Shown: piece after piece, positions 56,567 through 64,000 of the stretch
Layout: every line of letters begins with the position of its first letter
Numbering within the stretch: the first letter of the stretch is position 1
Assembly (NCBI GenBank): GCA_017619355.1
Contig: JAFZSO010000026.1
Span: forward strand, 3,969-67,968
Direction of reading: 5' to 3'
DNA length: 64,000 nt
Origin: Muribaculaceae bacterium
GTDB taxonomy: Bacteria > Bacteroidota > Bacteroidia > Bacteroidales > Muribaculaceae
Notes under the pieces: generated by a model
Database searches by the model: none
Seen by the model: the letters and a program-made list of their open reading frames with translations, nothing else
What the model was told of the DNA's origin: nothing
Position numbers and translations under genes: made by a program

Positions 56567-57661
56567 TTATGCCGCTTTGGAAACTTCGGCTGGCGGAGTG
56601 ACCGCTGGCGTCTCGGGCTTTTCGGGCTTTTTCTTCTCGGGTTTCGGAGCCTCTTTCTTGGGTTCCGGCTTCTTGGTTTCGGATGCATTCTTCGTCTTGT
56701 CGGCCTTGTTGTCGCGGGTCACGATGCTGGTGTTGCAGGTCACCGGCTTACCCGAGAGCGCCTGCTGGAAAAACTTGAAATGTTTTTCCAGCGACTCCAA
56801 CCAGTATTGCCAGCTGTGCTGACCGGCACGGATGGTAAAGTCGTGAGCAATGCCCTTAGCCTCGAGTGCGTTGTGCAACGCCATGTTCACCTCGAAGAAG
56901 AAGTCGCGGTCGCCACAGTCTATTATGATGTTCTGCCCTGCTTTGAGCGAGGGAACTAGGCTCGCTACCGAGTGCGTGGCCCATACGCCCTTTGACGAAG
57001 CATACTTGCCCAGCCGCTTGTCAATATTCCAGCGGTCAGGGAACTTGGTGATATCAACCCCGCCGCTCATGCTGCCACAATGCTTGAACACATCGGGATG
57101 ACGCCAAGCCAGCCACAAGGCACCATGGCCACCCATGCTCAGACCCGTGATGGCGCGCTTGTCGGCACGGGCGAGGGTGCGGTAATGAGTGTCGATATAG
57201 TTGACGAGTTCTTTCGACACATAGGTCTCAAACTGCATCTTGGGGTCGATGGGCGAATCGAAGTACCAGCTGTCCTGGCCATCGGGACACACGATAATCA
57301 GGCCATATTGCGAGGCCTTCTGCTTCAAGTCCACATGCGAGGGCCATGCCATGTAGTTGTCGTCGGCGCCATGCAGCAGGTAAAGCACGGGGTAGCGCTC
57401 TGCCCCACCCTTCAGGTAGGCCTCAGGCACAACCACCACATTCGTGATGGCACGACCCATCTTGGCACTCGGCACCTCAACGGTTTCCTGCTGCTCCTTC
57501 ACTTCAGCAAGAGCAGTATCAGTGGGTTGCTGACTGGCCTCAACGCTGGCTGTGCTGGTCTCGCGCGAAACTTTTTGCGAAGCCTCGCCACTGCTCTGCT
57601 TGCGGCAACCCACCACAAGCACCATGGCGAGCATCATCGTTAAAAACACTCTCTTTATCAT
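56567..57661 (-). CDS. alpha/beta-hydrolase esterase, lipoprotein paralogue with a Lys/Pro/Glu-rich tail
   Basis: lipobox VVG-C; YPVLYLLHG, GLSMGG, DCG..DFF and GQHSW motifs. Confidence 0.88.
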   Translation of the reverse strand: MIKRVFLTMMLAMVLVVGCRKQSSGEASQKVSRETSTASVEASQQPTDTALAEVKEQQETVEVPSAKMGRAITNVVVVPEAYLKGGAERYPVLYLLHGADDNYMAWPSHVDLKQKASQYGLIIVCPDGQDSWYFDSPIDPKMQFETYVSKELVNYIDTHYRTLARADKRAITGLSMGGHGALWLAWRHPDVFKHCGSMSGGVDITKFPDRWNIDKRLGKYASSKGVWATHSVASLVPSLKAGQNIIIDCGDRDFFFEVNMALHNALEAKGIAHDFTIRAGQHSWQYWLESLEKHFKFFQQALSGKPVTCNTSIVTRDNKADKTKNASETKKPEPKKEAPKPEKKKPEKPETPAVTPPAEVSKAA

Positions 57662-58545
57662 GGTTTCATGAGCTTATAGCCTTCCTGAAATGCTTTCTCG
57701 AAGAATACTAATTGATAGTCGAGCGAGTTCACCCAGTAGCTCCATGAGTGCTTGCCCGGACGAATGATGAAATCGTGCGGAATCTTCTTGGCAAGCAGTG
57801 CCTTGTGCAGATCGACGTTCACCTGATAGAAGAAGTCGTCGTAGCCATCGTCGATAATGATGTTCTGACCTGGCTTGAGTGTGGGCACGAGGTTGATTAC
57901 GGCATGCTGCGCCCAGCGCTGCTTGTGCGTCTCATACTTGCCCAGACGCTTGTCAAGTTTCCAGCGGTCGGGGAACTTGGTGATGTCCACACCGCCGCTC
58001 ATGCTGCCGCATGACCCGAACACCTCGGGGTGACGCCAGCCCAGCCACAGGCCGCCATGGCCGCCCATGCTCAGGCCCGTGATGGCGCGCATCTTGGCAT
58101 CGGCAATGGTGCGATAGTGCTCGTCGACATATTCCACCAGTTCCTTGGCCACATAGGTCTCGAACTGCATCTTGGGGTCGATGGGCGAGTCGAAGTACCA
58201 GCTGTCCTGGCCATCGGGACACACGATAATCATGCTGTGCTTGGTGGCCAAAGCTTCCAGATTGGTCTTCTTCGACCAGTCACTGTAGCAGCCAGTAGCC
58301 CCATGCAGCAAGTAGAGCACCGGGTAACGACGGTCCTGGTCACCCACAAAATACTGTTCGGGCAGTATCACCACATTCTTGATGTTGCGACCCATCTTGG
58401 CGCTCATTACCTGCACCGTATCGGCCTGCACGGCCTCCTCGGCAACCGATGTGAGCACGTCGTCCTGCGCCTGCACGCTCCAAGTGCACATCAGTGCCAT
58501 GCAAAGCACTAAAAATCTCAAATAGGTTTTCATCTTGTCTAACAT
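57658..58545 (-). CDS. alpha/beta-hydrolase esterase, Sec-signal paralogue
   Basis: signal peptide; YPVLYLLHG, GLSMGG and PGKHSW motifs. Confidence 0.9.
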   Translation of the reverse strand: MLDKMKTYLRFLVLCMALMCTWSVQAQDDVLTSVAEEAVQADTVQVMSAKMGRNIKNVVILPEQYFVGDQDRRYPVLYLLHGATGCYSDWSKKTNLEALATKHSMIIVCPDGQDSWYFDSPIDPKMQFETYVAKELVEYVDEHYRTIADAKMRAITGLSMGGHGGLWLGWRHPEVFGSCGSMSGGVDITKFPDRWKLDKRLGKYETHKQRWAQHAVINLVPTLKPGQNIIIDDGYDDFFYQVNVDLHKALLAKKIPHDFIIRPGKHSWSYWVNSLDYQLVFFEKAFQEGYKLMKP

Positions 58546-58560
58546 ATTGCGTTATTGTTT

Positions 58561-59001
58561 TTATCTCTTGGTTTTGAAAAATTCTGTCATCAGCGAGGCA
58601 CATTCCTCGGCCAGCGCGCCACCCTCCACCACCGTCTTCTTGTGGAAGGGTTTCTCGCAATAGATGTGATAGCCGCGCTTGGGGTCGTCGCAACCATACA
58701 CCACCCTTGCTATCTGGCTCCAGCCCAGCGCTCCGGCACACATCAGGCACGGCTCCACCGTTACATACAAGGTGCAGTCGGGCAGATACTTGCCGCCCAG
58801 GTAGGAGGCTGCCGCCGTGATGGCCTGCATCTCGGCATGAGCCGTGACGTCGGTGAGCGTCTGCGTCAGGTTGTGCCCGCGTGCAATGATGCGGCCATGG
58901 CTCACAATCACAGCCCCGATGGGCACCTCGTCACGCTCCAGCGCCTTGTGGGCCTCATCGAGCGCCTGCCGCATATATTTCTCGTCGTCAGCGGTTATCA
59001 T
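58561..59001 (-). CDS. tadA: tRNA adenosine deaminase / nucleoside deaminase
   Basis: EVPIGAV, AHAE and EPCLMC motifs. Confidence 0.9.
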   Translation of the reverse strand: MITADDEKYMRQALDEAHKALERDEVPIGAVIVSHGRIIARGHNLTQTLTDVTAHAEMQAITAAASYLGGKYLPDCTLYVTVEPCLMCAGALGWSQIARVVYGCDDPKRGYHIYCEKPFHKKTVVEGGALAEECASLMTEFFKTKR

Positions 59002-60167
59002 AGGAACACTTTTTTCACATAGTTACCCACTCGCACAATGTAAACGCGGTTCCGTGGCAGGTCAGGGATATCGCCCTTTACCGATGGCCGCTGGTAGTAG
59101 AGATTGCCGTAGATGTCATACACCTCGGTCCAGGTGCCGTAGTTGTCACCCTTGATGTATATCACCCCGTTGTAGGCATATACCATAGGGTCGGTCCACC
59201 TGTCGGTCAGGTCCTCGACAGGCGTTGCCTGCGGGGCCAGTGCCGTGAACGAGAGCACATCGGCATCAGTGCCCATGAGCACCGTGGGCACAATCTCATA
59301 TTGCTCGCGATACCGCGGTTTGTCGAAATAGTAGTCGCTGGCGGCAGTCACGGCCATCAGGTCGCCAAAGCCATCATAAATTTTGTAGGCCACATGATTG
59401 CCCAGCCCCACGCTGATCCATGTGTCGGCAAAGTCCTCGCTCTCACCAAACATGGGCACCGAGAAGTCCTCGTTAAGGTAAATCGCAAACGCATCGAGGT
59501 CGCCCCATGCATCGTCGGCTTCATAGAGTTCCCGAGCATCGGCATCGGGCACCACTAAGTCCACATTCCAGATGCCGGTCATGCTCACATCACCCGTCAC
59601 GATGGGCGGTACAGGGGCAGCACAATACACCTCATAGAGGTTAAAGCAACCGTCGAAGGCACTGGCATCAATTTCCTCAAGCGTGGAGGGCAGAATCACC
59701 GTGTGCAGCTGTGTGCACCAGTCAAAGGCATTCTCGCCCACAAATTCCACACCTTCAGGCAGCACCACATCGGTCACAGCAGTGCCAGCCAATGCGTAGG
59801 GTGCCAGTTCCCTGAGATGTAGCGGCAAAGTGATGTCGGTGAGTTCCTCGTCGAGGGCAAAGGCAGCCACACCTATGCGCCTCACCGTGTTGGGCACCTG
59901 CACCTGTGTGGCATGGCTGAGCCAGAAGGCACTGTCGCCTATGGCCACCACCTCGTAGTTCTCGCCCTCATAGTACACCCGTTCGGGGATGACATACACG
60001 CCCTCATAGTCGGGCACATCCATTCCCCACACGGGTGCGACCTCCACCTGCGGCGCCGGGGCATCGTCGAGCGTCTGGTAGCAGAGGCCTCCGCTATAGA
60101 ACACATCGGCATACGCCATCGCCACCGCTGCAAGAATCGCTATTATTGTTAAAAATCTCTTATACAT
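58998..60167 (-). CDS. BspA-type leucine-rich repeat protein with a T9SS-type C-terminal domain
   Basis: signal peptide; LPxxV/LxxIGxxAF repeats; tail EVYDIYG..VYIVRVG..KKVFL. Confidence 0.85.
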   Translation of the reverse strand: MYKRFLTIIAILAAVAMAYADVFYSGGLCYQTLDDAPAPQVEVAPVWGMDVPDYEGVYVIPERVYYEGENYEVVAIGDSAFWLSHATQVQVPNTVRRIGVAAFALDEELTDITLPLHLRELAPYALAGTAVTDVVLPEGVEFVGENAFDWCTQLHTVILPSTLEEIDASAFDGCFNLYEVYCAAPVPPIVTGDVSMTGIWNVDLVVPDADARELYEADDAWGDLDAFAIYLNEDFSVPMFGESEDFADTWISVGLGNHVAYKIYDGFGDLMAVTAASDYYFDKPRYREQYEIVPTVLMGTDADVLSFTALAPQATPVEDLTDRWTDPMVYAYNGVIYIKGDNYGTWTEVYDIYGNLYYQRPSVKGDIPDLPRNRVYIVRVGNYVKKVFL

Positions 60168-60178
60168 AGTGTTTGTTG

Positions 60179-62659
60179 TTATTCTCTGTAGTAAACACGC
60201 TTCACACGAGGTGAAATGCTTGTGAGTATCTCATAAGGTATGGTGCCGCGCACCTCGCTCAGTTTCTCGATGGGCACATTATGGCCGAAGATTTCCACGC
60301 GGTCGCCCAGCGCACACGGCACATCGGTCACATCTATCATCACCGCATCCATGCACACGGTGCCCACCGTGGGACACAGGTGGCCGTTGAGCCAAACGCT
60401 GATGTTACCGTTGCCGAAGTGGCGGTCGAGGCCATCGGCATAACCTATGGTGAGCGTGGCAATGCGCGAGTCACGCGTCAGCACACCTCGGCGGCCATAG
60501 CCCACGGTGCTGCCTGCGGGCAAGTCTCTGATAGCTATCACCACCGAGCGCAGCGTGGCCACGGGCTGCAGGGCGTCTTCACTTCCGTCGAACACGGTTT
60601 TCACGCCATAGAGTCCGATGCCTATGCGCACCATGTCGTACTGATACTCTGGGAATCGCACGATGCCGCTCGTGTTCAGCACATGACGCAATATCTTGTA
60701 GTCGAACGCATTCTGCAGAATTTCGGCACACTCGTTATAGTAGTGGTTTTGTGCATGCGTGTATTCGTCCTCCTCGGGCACATCGGCCACACACAGGTGT
60801 GTGAACACCGAGGCGGGGCGGATTATCTCCTGCCCTTTCAGCAACTCGATGAGTTCGGGCAACTGCTCCTTCATGAAGCCTAAACGGTGCATACCGCTGT
60901 CAATTTTGATGTGCACAGGATGATTCTTGGCACCATATTTCGCACCCTCCTTGATGAGTTCGCGACATTCCTCAAGTCCATAGACCTCAGGTTCCAGCCT
61001 GAAGGTGAACATCGACTTGTAGTTCACCACCGAGGGATTGAGCACAATGATGGGCATGGTGATACCTGCCTTGCGCAAGTCCACACCCTCATCCTGCACA
61101 GCCACTGCCAGATAGTCGGCGCCGCGGTCCTGCAGCGTCTTGGCTATCTCGTAAGAGCCTGTGCCGTAACCTGAAGCCTTCACCATACCCACCGTTTTGG
61201 TAGCGGGCTTAATGAGCGACTTGAAGAACTTGAAGTTGTGCGCCAGGGCGCTCAGGTCAACCTCTTCAACCGTCATGTGCTGCTTAGCCTCGAGCATGTC
61301 GAGTATCTGCTCAAAGTGGAACATGGGCGAGCCTTTCACCAAGATGGTCTCGTCCTCAAAGTCGCCCTGCGACATATGGTCGAGGAATTCCTCGGTTGAA
61401 GCGAAGAAGCGAGTTTCCATACCTGAGAAATAGCGGCTGAATGCCATCATCTGGCTACCCACACCAATGAAGCGGTCGATGTGCTTGCTGCGTAGCCACT
61501 CGCTCACACGAATGTAGAGTTCCTCGGCGCTGAACGATTCTTGCGTGAGGTCGCTCAATATCACGGTGCGGGTCTGGTGCGCCGAGCGGCGGGCCATGAA
61601 GTCAACAGCGGGCGTGAGTGAATTGTAGTCGCTGGGATAGCCGTCGGCAATCACGGTGCAGTTGTTGATGCCCTCTATCACATTGATGCGGGTGCCCACT
61701 GGCACGAGCCGAGCCATGCGTTCCTTGATAACCTCGGGATCTACTTGCAGGTAGAGCAGGATGGCAAGGCATGTGATCACATTCTCCAGATCGCGATAAC
61801 CGGTGAACGAAACCTCTATGCTGTAGTGTTCGCCTTGATACACATAGTCAATCTGACTCTTGTCCTCATGGCGAGTGATGTTGCTCACATAAAGTTCGTG
61901 TGTAGGTGTGTGCTGCGACCACGCCATCTCCTGCGCCACCTCCACATCGAGCAGCGGCTGAATGGCCTGCGTCACCAGCGGGTCGTCGGCACAGTACACG
62001 ATGCAGTCGCAGTTATACAGGATTTTTGCCTTCTCCTGCGCCTTCTGACGCATCGACGAGAAACCCTCGTTGTGCTCGCTGCCTATGTTGGTGATAACAC
62101 CTATCGTGGGGCGTATCATGGCCTGCAGATTGGCCATCTCGCCTGTGGTAGAGATGCCCGCCTCGATGATGGCGAGCGTGGTGCTCTCGTCGATGTCCCA
62201 CAGCGAGAGCGGCACACCTATCTGCGAGTTGTAGCTGCGTGGCGAACGCATCACATGGTAGTCGTCCTTGAGCAACTCATAGAGCCACTCCTTCACTGTG
62301 GTCTTGCCACGGCTGCCCGTCATGCCTATCACCGGTATCCTGAAACGGCGGCGGTGATACATGGCAATGTTTTGCAATGCCTCGAGCGTGTTGGGCACAA
62401 CCAGCAGATTGGCGTCGCGCAAGTGTCCCAGCCCCTCTTCGCTTTCCACCACAAAGTTGCGCACACCCTGCGCATAAAGCGGCAGCACATAGTGGTGTCC
62501 GTCGTTATTCTGGGTATGAAGGGCGAAAAACAGTGTTTCTTTTGGATCCACGAGTGAACGCGAATCGGTGAGCAACTGACTCACGAAGGCCTTCTTGTTG
62601 CGAAGACTCCCAGTCGAGATGTTCAGAATCTGCGCTATTTCTTTGATTGAATATTTCAT
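60179..62659 (-). CDS. alr: bifunctional MurF / alanine racemase
   Basis: TDSR, TGSRGKTT and SYNSQIG (MurF); MVKASGYG, DSGMHRLG, GYADG and CMD (Alr). Confidence 0.96.
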   Translation of the reverse strand: MKYSIKEIAQILNISTGSLRNKKAFVSQLLTDSRSLVDPKETLFFALHTQNNDGHHYVLPLYAQGVRNFVVESEEGLGHLRDANLLVVPNTLEALQNIAMYHRRRFRIPVIGMTGSRGKTTVKEWLYELLKDDYHVMRSPRSYNSQIGVPLSLWDIDESTTLAIIEAGISTTGEMANLQAMIRPTIGVITNIGSEHNEGFSSMRQKAQEKAKILYNCDCIVYCADDPLVTQAIQPLLDVEVAQEMAWSQHTPTHELYVSNITRHEDKSQIDYVYQGEHYSIEVSFTGYRDLENVITCLAILLYLQVDPEVIKERMARLVPVGTRINVIEGINNCTVIADGYPSDYNSLTPAVDFMARRSAHQTRTVILSDLTQESFSAEELYIRVSEWLRSKHIDRFIGVGSQMMAFSRYFSGMETRFFASTEEFLDHMSQGDFEDETILVKGSPMFHFEQILDMLEAKQHMTVEEVDLSALAHNFKFFKSLIKPATKTVGMVKASGYGTGSYEIAKTLQDRGADYLAVAVQDEGVDLRKAGITMPIIVLNPSVVNYKSMFTFRLEPEVYGLEECRELIKEGAKYGAKNHPVHIKIDSGMHRLGFMKEQLPELIELLKGQEIIRPASVFTHLCVADVPEEDEYTHAQNHYYNECAEILQNAFDYKILRHVLNTSGIVRFPEYQYDMVRIGIGLYGVKTVFDGSEDALQPVATLRSVVIAIRDLPAGSTVGYGRRGVLTRDSRIATLTIGYADGLDRHFGNGNISVWLNGHLCPTVGTVCMDAVMIDVTDVPCALGDRVEIFGHNVPIEKLSEVRGTIPYEILTSISPRVKRVYYRE

Positions 62660-62662
62660 AGG

Positions 62663-63640
62663 TCAGGACAGCATGTTTTTAATTTCTTTCACTTCAGCAA
62701 TATAAGGATATTCGTTCACCAGGTTGCGCACCACCTCCACCGTGTCGTCGTGAAAGCGTGCCACCACATCGCGGTTGCCGCTCATGGGTCGGTGCTGCAG
62801 GCGCTTCATCACACGCTCACATCGGGCAATGGCCTGAATCGACGGGTCGTCGAAGTAGGTGGCACGGAACGCCTGCCAGATGTATTCAATGGCCACCTCC
62901 GAGGGGTGCACCATGTCGGCGGTATAGAACCGATAGTCGCGCAAATCGTCCATCATGATTTCAAACGATGGGAAATAGCCCGTGAAGTCGGGAAATTTCT
63001 TGATCACATGGTCAATTGCCACACGCAGCGCAGCCTTGCTCAGCGAGTTCATCTCCAGTCCGTCGGCAATGTGACGAATGGGGCTCACCGTGAACAGAAT
63101 GTAAAGCCCGGGATTGAAAGCATACAGCTGCTCTACCATGTCCTCGAGAGCCTTGGTCATCTCCTCGACACTTGCCATCTCGCGAGTGAACTTGTGTTGC
63201 GGCACCTTGTGGCAGTTGTTCACCACCTCGCCCGTAGCTGCAAGCCTATAGACGATGGCTGTGCCCAGCGTCACCACTAGCGTGTTGCTGCGCTTCAGGT
63301 GATTGTGACCCTGCGTTATGCGCTCGTTCATGCGCTGCAGGGTTGCCTCCTTGTCGAGCAGCGAGTAGCGCGAGTGGAAGTTGAAGCTGTTCCACACGCC
63401 TCCAGCCTGAAACAGGTCCATGCCACGCTCAAGCTCGTCAGCAATCAGACGCTGCACGCAGCTGGCCATGCTCAACGGGTTGTAGATGGTGCCGAAAGGG
63501 TTGATTTCCACATTCATCATCGCTCCGCGCAACTTGGCGCCAATGTTGTCGGTAAAGCACGAGCCCAGCATCGTCAGCACATCGCTATGGTGCATGATGC
63601 CCAAGTTTTCAGGGGTTCTTATGGCGGTTCTGAATTCCAT
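62663..63640 (-). CDS. GSCFA domain protein
   Basis: LGSCF, NPFG..YNP, TVSPIRH and YFPSFEI..DDLRDYRFY motifs. Confidence 0.93.
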   Translation of the reverse strand: MEFRTAIRTPENLGIMHHSDVLTMLGSCFTDNIGAKLRGAMMNVEINPFGTIYNPLSMASCVQRLIADELERGMDLFQAGGVWNSFNFHSRYSLLDKEATLQRMNERITQGHNHLKRSNTLVVTLGTAIVYRLAATGEVVNNCHKVPQHKFTREMASVEEMTKALEDMVEQLYAFNPGLYILFTVSPIRHIADGLEMNSLSKAALRVAIDHVIKKFPDFTGYFPSFEIMMDDLRDYRFYTADMVHPSEVAIEYIWQAFRATYFDDPSIQAIARCERVMKRLQHRPMSGNRDVVARFHDDTVEVVRNLVNEYPYIAEVKEIKNMLS

Positions 63641-63850
63641 TTTGTAGTCTGTTATTGCTTTTAACTAGCAAATATAAATATAATTCTTGAATTCGTTATA
63701 ATGTCCTCTAAATATTTTAAAATATAATACAAAAAGAGACCGAACAGCATTTTGCCTATCCCCACCCCATTTCACCCATTTTGCACGTTTTTTGAAAATT
63801 AAAAAGTTATTATTACCTTTGCCACAGTATATGTTTAAAACAAGAATAGC

Positions 63851-64000
63851 ATGACATCACTATCAGAACAAGAACATCAAGCTCAAATGGAAAGCATGAG
63901 AGCATTCGATGAGCAAATGCCTTGTGTAGGAATCTTCTGGTACGACCCTCAAGACCATTCTTTCTTTGGTGTTCGCAAAGAAGAACTGACTCCTAAGAGA
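63851..64000 (+). CDS. 5' part of a hypothetical protein (runs off the window edge)
   Basis: MTSLSEQEHQAQMESMRAFDEQMPCVGIFWYDPQDHSFFGVRK; TACCTTTG promoter at 63814-63821. Confidence 0.7.
   Translation, partial: MTSLSEQEHQAQMESMRAFDEQMPCVGIFWYDPQDHSFFGVRKEELTPKR

Noticed and set aside
60179-62659. MurF-Alr fusion as a novelty
   Set aside because: A well-known feature of Bacteroidetes.

Overview
Chromosomal window from a Bacteroidales bacterium. The TAnnTTTG promoters, SusC/SusD pair, fused MurF-Alr and GSCFA protein support this, and the C-terminal dockerins suggest a Muribaculaceae-like gut or rumen lineage (inference). Most of the window is housekeeping: tRNA-fMet, dacB, rsmI, rpiB, miaA, fabG, rmuC, acpP-fabF-rnc, aspC, pfkA, menG, purC, ansA, tadA and murF-alr. 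No integrase, transposase, prophage or CRISPR array is visible. The main points of interest are: (1) an AT-rich islet (~1250-4950) in which an AAA_14/DUF4143 ATPase-nuclease gene is bracketed almost exactly by two nested pairs of palindromic direct repeats, next to further empty palindromes and a ~220-nt structured leader RNA; (2) three unrelated secreted proteins (BspA-LRR, C10 peptidase, CotH kinase) that end in dockerins instead of a T9SS C-terminal domain; (3) a VTC-DUF4956-DUF2490-beta-helix lipoprotein operon that could be a polyphosphate synthesis and export system; (4) a full-length UDP-glucose dehydrogenase homologue that has lost its catalytic residues; (5) a single in-frame TGA at a Cys position of the LRR-dockerin gene; and (6) short tandem repeats and c-GNA-g mini-hairpins in intergenic DNA. 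All family calls are from motif recognition by eye, not from database searches.
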